From contig OZ025790.1 in NCBI GenBank assembly GCA_964019425.1, positions 62,001 through 126,000 on the forward strand: a DNA stretch of 64,000 nucleotides, read 5' to 3'. The notes beneath the pieces are model-generated. The model had not been told where the DNA came from, searched no databases, and saw only the letters and a list, made by a program, of their open reading frames with translations. This document shows, in pieces, positions 23,983 through 35,600 of this stretch (positions within the stretch are counted from its first letter, which is position 1; each line of letters begins with the position of its first letter). The stretch comes from Flectonema sp. DT1601. Lineage: Eukaryota. The position numbers were made by a program, and so were the translations under genes.

Positions 23983-24859
23983 TAAAATTAAGTCATTATC
24001 CCACACCAGGAAATCTCAATAATAAAAAATAATAAATAATAAAACGATCATACTTTGCGTCATTGGCATAAGCCCTAACTTCTGGAAGGAGGACTCTCTC
24101 TTTTTCAGTCATATTTTTTTTTTTTTTTTGTCAAGGAAATTTCTTTAGAGAAAAAAAATATGTTTGTATATGTCGATAAAAGAACACACATAGTTATCAA
24201 GAATGGTTTATATTTGATTCGTTGCATCACTTGAGAGAACCGAGTAGAGCTCCGTACTTCAATATTTGACCGACGACTGCGTGAAAACAAAATAATAAAC
24301 TGCCTTATCGTCCGCTTCCAATCAAAAAAAAAAAAAAACGAAAACCTAAAACAGAAAATAACAAAACCAGAAATGAAAGAAACACCAAAATACAAAATAA
24401 ACAATATTAAGAGTAGGATGGTGACAAGACAGACACCGCCACTGAAGAAGCAGCCACCACCGATCCCTATGTGTGACTTGTGCGGCCTAAATTGCCAACA
24501 ATAAACACAACAAAACAGGTTTGAACACTTACTACTTTGTTTCTTTCTTGCTGCTCGCCTTTAAAAAAAGAAGAAAAAAAAAAAGAAACACTTAAGGAAG
24601 TTGTTTTTTTGAGCCAATTATAAGTATCGCCTACATTGTAGTGACAGCCCCTGTCCTTCCTCTACACTCGCATGTCACGAAAAAAGTGATCGAGCTGTAT
24701 AAAGAATTTCTTTTAAAAAATAGAAAGCTAAAGAATATATAAAAAATGTCTGTTGTTTTGTTCATTTTTCCAACTTTGGAATCATACACTTTCCTGTCTG
24801 ATTCCTTTGATTCTTTCTTTCCGGTGCTAAGCTTGGTGGAAAATTACCTGAATGAATTC

Positions 24860-25242
24860 TAGGATTTTTTGGGTTCTAAGGAAATTGGGGCTACCGTGGG
24901 CTTTTTTATACTATTACCAAAAAGTAACCAGCAGCATCTTTGTAGTCGAGAGGATGTGAATCTCGGACTTCTTTTTGATCGTTGTGGTCATTCATTTTTT
25001 GATCTCTTCCAAAGTTATCTTTTGTAAAATTTTCAATTTCATCTTCTTCCCTGTTCCTCTTCATTCGTCCCTTGTTCAGATATTTATTGAATTGAATTAC
25101 TTGTATTGGACTTTGAGAATTTAATCTTTTGTTTTTGACTCTCTTCGTCTATTAACGGGTTTTTGACGCCAACCATTTGTGTTTCCGGAGATAGCATGAA
25201 CTGTTTTTGTTCATACTCTGGCTTTTTTATGTTTAGTCTCAT
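24860..25242 (-). pseudogene. Possible decayed coding relic
   Basis: The minus strand reads as charged, protein-like text (MRLNIKKPEYEQKQFMLSPETQ...; EEDEIENFTKDNFGRDQKMNDHNDQKEVRD...) broken by a stop and an apparent frameshift. No family recognised. Confidence 0.3.
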
Positions 25243-26150
25243 CGAAAGCTGTCTTTTGGATTGGAATCAAAATTCCATTTCGGTAATTTGTCACCAACAC
25301 TGCACCGAGAGAAATAAAAATAACAATCGCTGTCGGCGATAATTTTTCATATAACATATTCTTATTCCAGAGTGAATTTTTCACGATATCAATTTTCCCC
25401 TTTATCAGACTCTGATCCCACTTTTCTTACTCCAACTATTACTTAAAACATCTCACCCACCCTTCCCGCCGGTGTCCCGTTGAACCGAATCGGGCCTGGC
25501 ACAAGTCTACGCAGAAGTAACCTGCACCCTTTCACAGTGTAGATACTTCACACTTCCAGTGTTTGTCTACCTTCATTCTTAACTTATACTTCTTTCTTTC
25601 AGGTGCATTTTCTGATGGAAAGCGTACTACCAATTGTACTGAACTAGTATTATGTTAAAAATTACTTACTCAGCCCTGATACTTCCCAATGGGGAAGAGT
25701 CCAACAGCCATGCTGTAATACTGCGAAAGGGAAAAGTGATTTAAAAGATAGCAGATAAGAAAGAGGCCATACAAGTTAGGGAGGGAGAATGATTCCACAA
25801 AAACCTCGCGACACCACGAGGAGGTGTGCGCATTCGGCCTTGACCACTATAAAATAACTTTCGTTTGATGTATTTTACGAATAAGTTGCAAATACTTTCC
25901 GTCCCAATATCGGCGGAGGAAAGGGAAAAAAAAGGAAATGGCTTTAACTTAAACTAACACGGAAATTGGGAAACATAAAACTATTTTATTGTTTTCCAGT
26001 CCGAACAATATTTTTCAGTACCTTATAATACTTAAAACAAAAATATAAAAAATAAATGACAACCAAGAATCAATTCAACACTTTACATTTAACAGACCGT
26101 TCAAAGAGAGCTCTATTATTTTGAGGCAGCTGGACAGTTTTCAGGGAGTT

Positions 26151-28574
26151 TTATTTATTGAGGAAGCGCTCACCAATTTCCTTCACATCACTAAGACTGG
26201 AAAGGTCAAGAGAAGTGATTTCTGAACACCCAGACAAGAAATAATTTCCAATACTGGTGACACTACTAAGACTGGAAAGGTCAAGAGAAGTGATTTCTGA
26301 ACACCCAGACAAGAAATAATTTCCAATACTGGTGACACTACTAAGACTGGAAAGGTCAAGAGAAGTGATTTCTGAACACCCAGACAAGAAATAATTTCCA
26401 ATACTGGTGACACTACTAAGACCTGAAAGGTCAAGAGAAGTGATTTCTGAACATTCATACAAGAAGTCACCTCCAATACTGGTGACACTACTAAGACTGG
26501 AAAGGTCAAGAGTAGTGATTTTTAAACATTCAAACAAAAAACGATTTCCAATACTGGTGACACTACTAAGACCTGAAAGGTCAAGAGAAGTGATTTCTGA
26601 ACAATTTACCAAAAAACTATCTCCAATACTGGTGACACTACTAAGACTGGAAAGGTCAAGAGTAGTGATTTTTAAACATTCAAACAAAAAACGATTTCCA
26701 ATACTGGTGACACTACTAAGACCTGAAAGGTCAAGAGAAGTGATTTCTGAACAATTTACCAAAAAACTATCTCCAATACTGGTGACACTACTAAGACTGG
26801 AAAGGTCAAGAGTAGTGATTTTTAAACATTCAAACAAAAAACGATTTCCAATACTGGTGACACTACTAAGACCTGAAAGGTCAAGAGAAGTGATTTTTGA
26901 ACAATTACACAAAAAACCATATCCAATACTGGTGACACTACTAAGACTGGAAAGGTCAAGAGAAGTGATTTTTGAACAATTACACAAAAAACCATTTCCA
27001 ATACTGGTGACACTACTAAGACTGGAAAGGTCAAGAGAAGTGATTTCTGAACATTCATACAAGAAGTAATCTCCAATACTGGTGACACTACTAAGACCTG
27101 AAAGGTCAAGAGAAGTGATTTCTGAACTATTTACCAAAAAACTATCTCCAATACTGGTGACACTACTAAGACCTGAAAGGTCAAGAGAAGTGATTTCTGA
27201 ACTATTTACCAAAAAACTATCTCCAATACTGGTGACACTACTAAGACTAGAAAGGTCAAGAGTAGTGATTTCTGAACATTTCAACAAAAAACGATTTCCA
27301 ATACTGGTGACACTACTAAGACATGAAATGTCAAGAGAAGTGATTTTTGAACAATTACACAAAAAACCATTTCCAATACTGGTGACACTACTAAGACTGG
27401 AAAGGTCAAGAGAAGTGATTTCTGAACATTCATACAAGAAGTAATCTCCAATACTGGTGACACTACTAAGACCTGAAAGGTCAAGAGAAGTGATTTCTGA
27501 ACAATTTACCAAAAAACTATCTCCAATACTGGTGACACTACTAAGACTGGAAAGGTCAAGAGTAGTGATTTTTAAACATTCAAACAAAAAACGATTTCCA
27601 ATACTGGTGACACTACTAAGACCTGAAAGGTCAAGAGAAGTGATTTTTGAACAATTACACAAAAAACCATATCCAATACTGGTGACACTACTAAGACTGG
27701 AAAGGTCAAGAGAAGTGATTTTTGAACAATTACACAAAAAACCATTTCCAATACTGGTGACACTACTAAGACTGGAAAGGTCAAGAGAAGTGATTTCTGA
27801 ACATTCATACAAGAAGTAATCTCCAATACTGGTGACACTACTAAGACCTGAAAGGTCAAGAGAAGTGATTTCTGAACTATTTACCAAAAAACTATCTCCA
27901 ATACTGGTGACACTACTAAGACCTGAAAGGTCAAGAGAAGTGATTTCTGAACTATTTACCAAAAAACTATCTCCAATACTGGTGACACTACTAAGACTAG
28001 AAAGGTCAAGAGTAGTGATTTCTGAACATTTCAACAAAAAACGATTTCCAATACTGGTGACACTACTAAGACATGAAATGTCAAGAGAAGTGATTTTTGA
28101 ACAATTTTTCAAGAAGTCATCTCCAATAGCAGTAACCTGTGAGATGACCGTGCTATTGCAATTTGAATGGCGGAAGGAAATCCGTTTGGCATCTGAAGGA
28201 AGCAACTCCTCGTCAATAGTGAGGCAACCATCCACCGAGAATGTGGGAGTGTCCAGACATAAATCCTCCGTAATGTGGTCTCTGATCCAAAGAAGCAGCT
28301 TCTCTCTTTTCCTATCATCAACAAACCAACATTTACCGAAGATCCGAACCAGCTTCTCCCATATTTCCAACTCGCTGTTTGCACCCACTCCATGATCTGC
28401 TAGCCGATCACTGTCGCAAAGGGCATCACCAGCGAACGACAGTTCAATTTCCTCCAGATCGACATCCCACTCTCCAGCCGCTGCCGTCAACACGTCGCCC
28501 ACAACAGAATCAGCACCAACTGTGACTGACACCGCAGGGAATCCTAAATCCGGACACGTCACGAAAACTTGCAT
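26151..28574 (-). CDS. Ubiquitin-like domain + 25-aa leucine-rich repeat (BspA/LRR_5-like) protein, 807 aa
   Basis: N-terminus MQVFV...IELSFAGDALCDSDRLADHGVGANSELEI follows the ubiquitin fold pattern. 26 repeats of ITSLDLSxLSSVTSIGxxFLxxCS. U-rich AG at 28611-28610. Confidence 0.92.
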   Translation of the reverse strand: MQVFVTCPDLGFPAVSVTVGADSVVGDVLTAAAGEWDVDLEEIELSFAGDALCDSDRLADHGVGANSELEIWEKLVRIFGKCWFVDDRKREKLLLWIRDHITEDLCLDTPTFSVDGCLTIDEELLPSDAKRISFRHSNCNSTVISQVTAIGDDFLKNCSKITSLDISCLSSVTSIGNRFLLKCSEITTLDLSSLSSVTSIGDSFLVNSSEITSLDLSGLSSVTSIGDSFLVNSSEITSLDLSGLSSVTSIGDYFLYECSEITSLDLSSLSSVTSIGNGFLCNCSKITSLDLSSLSSVTSIGYGFLCNCSKITSLDLSGLSSVTSIGNRFLFECLKITTLDLSSLSSVTSIGDSFLVNCSEITSLDLSGLSSVTSIGDYFLYECSEITSLDLSSLSSVTSIGNGFLCNCSKITSLDISCLSSVTSIGNRFLLKCSEITTLDLSSLSSVTSIGDSFLVNSSEITSLDLSGLSSVTSIGDSFLVNSSEITSLDLSGLSSVTSIGDYFLYECSEITSLDLSSLSSVTSIGNGFLCNCSKITSLDLSSLSSVTSIGYGFLCNCSKITSLDLSGLSSVTSIGNRFLFECLKITTLDLSSLSSVTSIGDSFLVNCSEITSLDLSGLSSVTSIGNRFLFECLKITTLDLSSLSSVTSIGDSFLVNCSEITSLDLSGLSSVTSIGNRFLFECLKITTLDLSSLSSVTSIGGDFLYECSEITSLDLSGLSSVTSIGNYFLSGCSEITSLDLSSLSSVTSIGNYFLSGCSEITSLDLSSLSSVTSIGNYFLSGCSEITSLDLSSLSDVKEIGERFLNK
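26165..28140 (-). repeat. 75-bp coding tandem repeat array with higher-order 750-bp and 150-bp duplications
   Basis: The core ccaatactggtgacactactaagac recurs every 75 bp. Identical antisense ORF starts are offset by 750 bp (27082 vs 27832; 26822 vs 27572). Confidence 0.95.
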
Positions 28575-29091
28575 TGTTGTTATTTTTGCTTTTTTTTTTT
28601 AGTAATCTACTGAAAGAAAAAAAGATTTACTAATCTTGCTGAAGTGTTCCAAACGGTAAAGTAATAAGGAAAAACTGAAAAGCAGCTTCCATTCCTGAAC
28701 AGTGCAACATATTCTGTGGTTGTAATTTCCTATAAAATACTATTACGGCTCTACTCTGTTTGTAAACACTTCCTTTGAACAGCTACGGATATTAACTTCC
28801 CAAGGATAAGAACTAATGAAAGCAACAAAAACAACCAAAGCCTTGTTATGAGGAACTGTTACGGAAACATATTGCACGTGGCCACTAATTATGGTTTTTG
28901 TGCCGCCTTTTAACTTTAAATTATTTCCTTAACAGAGGTAAAGCAAGATGTGTAAGTAAATGCTGTATATTCAAACAGCCAACAAACAGGACAAATAGCG
29001 TTTCGAAAAAGATAATCCAAAAAAAAGGGTTTTAAAAAGAAACAACAAACCAAACCGATTACAATACTTTATATTAATGATCACACCACTA

Positions 29092-29736
29092 TTATGTTGC
29101 TGACGTATCGAGTTGAGAACGTCTCTTTTGACTATTCGGAGGTCTGGGTGTTAAGAGATTCAAGGTCTCTCCCTGAGCATCTTCAACGTAATTTGTTATT
29201 TCTGTGAAGCTATCCTTTTTGAAGAGAGAAGCAGTAAATGTCGGGAGGGTAGCACGTTCATCATCCGAATCAGTGTCTAAAGTATCAACATGTTGTCCAT
29301 CATTGAGGACTAGTAGAATGCGATCTTTATTACTTTGAAATGATTGAATCGGAGGGACTCTGTAAGAAGGAAAGAATCGAGAGACTACTGGAGAACGTTT
29401 CCTAACTTTAGTTGTAAAAGGAAATCGATGGTTAATATCTGAGAGGACAAACTTTGACGCCGACATCACTGCTGCCAAATTCCTCGACCGCGGGTTTGGT
29501 GCGCCAGGTCGTAAATCAGTTGTTGATAAATCAATCTTATCAGTTCTTTTAGGTTTCTTTTCTTCTGTACTGACGATTGGTAGCCTGTTTATTATTTCCC
29601 TCGCTGGTCTCGCTCTTTTTACTTCTCTCTTACCAACCAACTCACCCATTGCGAACTGACTGAAAAGTTCAACGCATCCCTTCTCTTGAACTGCTCTGGT
29701 CCTTTCCTTCTCTCTTCTTCCCAGAACTCGAGCCAT
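29092..29736 (-). CDS. Hypothetical 214-aa basic protein
   Basis: ATG-initiated ORF on the gene-cluster strand, preceded by a U-rich tract + AG (29753-29752). No domain recognised. Confidence 0.7.
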   Translation of the reverse strand: MARVLGRREKERTRAVQEKGCVELFSQFAMGELVGKREVKRARPAREIINRLPIVSTEEKKPKRTDKIDLSTTDLRPGAPNPRSRNLAAVMSASKFVLSDINHRFPFTTKVRKRSPVVSRFFPSYRVPPIQSFQSNKDRILLVLNDGQHVDTLDTDSDDERATLPTFTASLFKKDSFTEITNYVEDAQGETLNLLTPRPPNSQKRRSQLDTSAT

Positions 29737-29979
29737 GCTCTTGATGGCTGACTAGAATGTGAAAATAATATTAAAAAACCTCTCTAGCCGTACACGGAAT
29801 AGTGTCTTGTAACTGGATGAGAAAATTGATTTTTTTTTTTTTTTTTAAGAAAATTAAAACAACCAAAAACATCCTCAGCGGTTATCATCAGACCAGGAAA
29901 AACCAATTCCACAAAAGACAGAAGACAAGAAACTAAAAAACAGAAAATAAGGAAGTAAGATATAGTGAAGCCGCTATTA

Positions 29980-30014
<35 letters not shown>

Positions 30015-30398
30015 CCCTCCATGTAACCACACGGCTATCCACAACACATCATCTCAAAATTAATTAATTCCCAGCAGATATCATTTCTGTACCAACGAAA
30101 GCAACAAAATCTAACAAATTTTATTGTAAAGAATGCTGTGTGTTCTTTCCGCCCACTCGCCTTGCTAATATACGACCCTCTCGTTATTTTATTTGTTAAA
30201 TTTTTTTTTTTTTTCCAATCACAGATTGTGACTGCATTTGTCGGACCATGAAGGGTTGGGGGAAAAAAAGAAAGAAAAAAAAAAAAATACATCAGCGGCA
30301 ACCGATGTCGTGTCGCAGAATTAATTTTTTACAATAATATCACACAAGCATCTGCAAGTTTTAATTAGAAGTTAACCAGAAAGTATAGTGTTGCGATA

Positions 30399-31933
30399 CT
30401 AGCTGGCTTCCTTCTCAAGGTGTTCAAAGAATTCACGTGCTCCCTGATCACAGGACATGTATTCATCCCAAATTACTTGACGGATGTCGATATCATCTTT
30501 TAATCGAAATGTGAATATTTCAGCAGTGTCCAACGAACCAAACTGTAACTCACTACTAGTGAAGTACTCATGGTTTAGTGCGTTCGCTATGGAAATTCGT
30601 TCAGCAGGATGTAGTTGAAGCATTTTTTCAAGGATATCTGTTGTGGGGTTGAGTTTTTTTTTGTCTGCAGCTTCTCCTCAAACGTTTTTTTGTTAAGATA
30701 AAAGCATACCAATCTCAGCCTCTGGATAAGGTTCCCCACTGACATCCGTTTTTGATTCGTACTTCTGACGGAGAGAGACGGAGTTTGAAAGTTTTTGACC
30801 AACAAGACTTTTAAAATATTCTTTTTCTTTCTTTGGAAGATCGAATTTATCGATGTCATCACCAGTGACTCCAACTTGTGAAAGTATCGCTTCGATTGCA
30901 TGGAAATCAGTGTTTTGGGATTCTGAATATTTTTTACTTTTTTTTTGAATTTCCGAAACACAAAACAAAAATAAGAATAACTCACATACCTATAAGAGGC
31001 TTTCCGTCACCATTCATAAGCTCAGCTAAGATAACACCACAAGACCACATGTCAAGAGCCTGAGGATTCTCTACAGGTGTCTTACGAGTGAGATCATAAA
31101 TATTACTATTCGAGTCTTCAGATGGAGGTCGATCAGATACTAAAGACTCAAAGAATGATTCAGGAGATCGATAGAACAAAGTTGTTGTACCACTCTGAGC
31201 AGTGAGTGAAGTGTCAGTAGGTTGGTAGCCACGACCAGATCCGAGATCGCAGAGGGCTAGAGAAGCTGTTTCCGGTCTGATTAAAATATTTTCTGGTTTT
31301 AGATCCCTATGAACACAACCAGCATCAAACATTGCATACAGTCCATGCAACACTTGAAACATAAAGTAACATCTGTACAGCGCTGTTACTTTAGTCTCGC
31401 TGGTCATTAGTTGTCGTAAAGTCATATCGTACAAGTCGAGTACGACGTAAACAACATTAAAATTCTTTTTTCGTTCCAAATATGAAAGTGAATCATCTTC
31501 AGGATTACCCAAAGGTACAATTATCTCGTAGGCTCGAAGGATGTTTGAGTGGCTTCCGTCTTCAGTCTTCGTCATCGTACTGAAATGTCGAAGTAATTTT
31601 AGTTCTCTGACCGCAGACTTCTTTAGTAATGGATTCATGTCGTCGAATAATCCTTTCCATTTCTTTACAGCTACCCATCTTTCCTCTTTCGTATCGTAAG
31701 CCTTCGCTACAGCACCGTATGCTCCGTGACCCAGACCGTGTTCCTTTTCATCCATCTGATACCGGACTGGTAGTTCAAAACACTGCGTTGGTTTATAATA
31801 ATAAAGAAATGATACTCAACTACGACAGAGAGGATCAGTGTTCAGAATAACAAATAACGCATACCTCATCTTCCTTTGATTCGAACGGCACAACGTAACG
31901 TTTTACAGCCATCGGATGTGTAGCCTCACACAT
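30399..31933 (-). CDS. MAPK-like (CMGC) Ser/Thr kinase, 437 aa, 4 exons
   Basis: Exons 31933-31865, 31782-30990, 30922-30710 and 30637-30399 join in frame across three GTATG...CAG introns (82, 67, 72 nt). Motifs: FELPVRY, GHGAYGAV, VAVKK, RELKLLRHF, HRDLKPEN, DLG, YRSPE, DMWSCGVILAEL, DILEKMLQLHPAERIS...ALNHEYF. Confidence 0.92.
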
Positions 31934-32628
31934 TGTGAGGAAAATATCTCCTCACGGCTACCTGATAATATGAAATGGTAATGTAAAAGAGAATCAACTG
32001 GAATTATAAAATATGTGACACGAGACGATACAATAACATCCCAATTGACTGCTGCTGCTGTCGCAGATATTTTTATATCACTGTTAGAGATTACGAAAGT
32101 TGATAAAAAATAATTTTAAAAACAAAATAAAACCAACAGAGTCAATCGCAAACGCGTATTAACTAAGTTTAAACAGAACTAAGAAATAACAACACAAATA
32201 AATTATTATTTTCATTCTAATTGATCTAAATAATAAAATGGGGAAAAAAACAAATCCACCCAAAAAGTTTGAAGAAACGAAAATATAACATCAAAACATT
32301 TTAGCTGGACTTATATAGGTTTTTTTTTCCCATAAATAAATATAATGCTATTGCTGTAACGAACGGTAATATCACTACTAACAATCTAATAAGGCAAGGG
32401 GGGCGGATTCACAGTCTTTTTCTATGAAGAAAACGATGAAAAGAATAATATAAAAAAAAAAAGAAAAGAAAAAAAGTTACGTCACAAAGCAAAGTTTCCC
32501 CCTTTTAAAGAAAAAACAAATACAGTGGATGTGTGCGACTAAGGGAGTCAGTGAAAAGTCCAAACAAACAAAACGGACCGATATATATTTTTTAACACAA
32601 GAAAATAAATAAAAACAGAAAATAAGAA

Positions 32629-35600
32629 CTAAAGCGTATTAGCATTGACCGTATCCCTCTTCTTCTTTCCTTTTAAAAGAGACTTGTAATATGACATTCT
32701 CTCTTTGTGATCTGACTGTTCTTGTTTTCGAACTTTATATTTATCAGACCAAAAGTTTACATATTCATCATAAGAAGAAACACCCGAGAGATTAGGATCA
32801 GCCGTCGTGATTATCGTCGACGGAATTGAAGCGGCGTAGAATCGCTCCTGCTGACGACGAGCTTCAACTGCTCCAAGCGCACTGGTAGCTCCTCTCGTAA
32901 AGAAGTTTTCCGTCGGAGGCTGTTCAACATGAGGCTGCTGTCTCACACTTGCATAACTCTGCTGTGGAGGTGCAGGTTGCTGTTGTCGTAAGCCTGGACG
33001 TGCTGGTGTTTTGACCGGAACTTTCCTGGTCGGTTGTGGCAGTCTGGATTGGTCATCAGCGTGTACCAAAAAACCTGAAGGGAATCCCTCATCACTGTCA
33101 CTATCGGTATCGTAATAATTTGAACTTGAATAATTATTTTGATGAAGGTGTTGCTGTTGCTGTTGGTGTTGCTGTTGCTGTTGCTGTTGCTGTTGGTGTT
33201 GCTGTTGCTGTTGGTGTTGCTGTTGTTGTTGTTGATGCTGATGTTGTTGACGGTGGTGTTGTTGATGTTGTTGTGTTACTTGAGCATACAAACTGCTACT
33301 ACTATTATTTGATAATAATGTATCGTCTTGATCAATAGTACTAAAAGAACTACTGAGAGTGCTGTGTTGAGACCATAAATAATGTTCTTCTTGAACAGTA
33401 ACTTGCAGTGTTTTCTTTGCTTTCTTTTGTTTCATGTCGCGAAGTAGTTGCAATTCCCAGAGTTTACGATCTCTGTCTTTATTAAGTTTTACAATTCTCT
33501 TTGCCAGGCCTTGCATTTTCTCGTTGACAGGGATCCACATTTCACGAAGATCACAACGCGACTGGACTTCCTCATTTCTTATGAATTTACGATCGGATTC
33601 TTCTTCGAGGCAAAGAGTAATGCGAGCTTCTTTGCGGGCGAGTTTTTCACGTTTTTTGCGAGTTGTCTCTCGTACGATCGCATCGCTGGCATCGACGATT
33701 TGTTCTTCCGCAATAGAACGAAATTCAGCTCCTTCTTCTCCAAGAATAATAATCCTCCTGTCGCATTCAATGTCAACTATCCGAAGGAGCATTGCTGCCC
33801 AGAGTGGTGCAACTTCGTCCTTTTCTTGTTTTCGATAGTCAAATCGCTCTGATGTTTCTGACTTTGTTACTACTGAGCGATCAGTCATTTCAGTTCTAAT
33901 CATTTCTTCACGTTGTTTCTTATGAACTTCTTTTAGTCTTCCCAGAGCCTTTCTGTAGTGTTCTTTGATAACATTGTCTCTGTTATTAATAAACTGAATT
34001 AGACGCTGTAATTTTCTGCTGTTGATCTGCCACTTTCTGTCGAGGACTCGAACGCTACTTTGCCTCCAACGGGCTACCTTTTGAATAGTGATGACGAAGT
34101 TTTTTAGTTTCTTTTCGCGCTCGTTTTCCGTCTTGTGGAATGCATTTACCATCAAGAAGACTTTTGTCTTTCCAACTTGAGCAAATTTTTTATCAATTTT
34201 AAGATTGCGGAGAATACTCGCACAAGAATCAGCTGGCGTACTACAATGCTCTCCCAACACTCCGTGTCTAGAAAAGAACTCCTTAAAAGGAACTCTGTAG
34301 CAGTATCCTCTTTGACGTGTTTTTACTGTTTCTACAACACCTGAACATGTTAGTTGATCCAGGACTGATGGAGTTTCGAAGATGTCTTTTTTTTTTAAAC
34401 TGTTCGGACGGATACACCTAACCCAATTAGGAGTCGTTTCATCAATCGTTGCGAGTAGTTTGATTAACGAAGATTTGAATGTTTTTGATATCGTCTGACG
34501 AACGACACTTCTCGCATCCGGATCTCTTTCAGGAACTAGGTCTCTAATGCAGTCGTTTTGTGATGATCGAATAGCGTCGGTTATTTCATCACTTAGGATG
34601 TCGGTGTTCTTTACTACGAAGTTTTGAATATTATAAATAACCTTTCCGGCGTAATGATGGATCGCGAATTCATTTGGAGTCCGAAGGTCGTAATCGAAAT
34701 AGTCTGCGGGAGTCTCTCGTTTGACAACAATCTGACCCTCGGCATTCCTCTTCGATCCTCTGTCTCGTTGATCTGTTCCATACTTTTCAACAATTCGATC
34801 TCGGAATTTAAAATCATCCATTTTATCACCTTTTGTTACTTTACAAACATCATCTAATAAACTTGTGATTCCGTCTACTAAGTCGAGACATTTTTGATTA
34901 TCGTTGAATGAGACTGCTTCAGATGAGACACGAATACCTTCATCTTTACACTCCTGAAGATCCTTACCATAAACATATGTGTTGTAATGTTTTTGTAATC
35001 TCTCGTTGGCTAAGTTGATACAAAGTTGCTCAAATGAGTTTAAAGTGAAATTCTCAAATCCAAAAATATCCAAAAGACCAATCCAAGTATCCGTTTCACT
35101 CTCAGCAGAAACAGATTCATTTAGTTTTTGAACAATCCACAAGAACTGTCTTTCGTATAAAATCATACAAATACTGTTTTTAGTATTCTTTGCTTGAGCG
35201 AGTGTTAATGGAGTCTTTGTTGTTTCATTTCTGATAGTCTTTGTTTTGTATAATAAGATTTCCTTTAGAGAAGTTGGTTCTATTTGCATTACTGTTGCTG
35301 CTTTTGTTAGGTGATCGTCATCAGAGGGAGCGAGGACAGCTTTGTCACTGGCTTCAGCGAATTCAATACAAGAAAGATGAAGACAGACTGCCACAACTCT
35401 CCAGCAAGCATCTTGTTCTTGGTCAGAGAATCCTAACATTTTCATTGATTCTTCAACCATTGAGAATTCGTGTGAGTCATCAACACCTGGGATTTGAAGA
35501 ACGCCACCAATCTTAAGTTGTTTATAATCCTTCGAGTCACCAAGTAGATAAAGCTCTCTCTGTGCTGGTGATGCTCCAGCTGCTAAATGATAAAAAGAAT

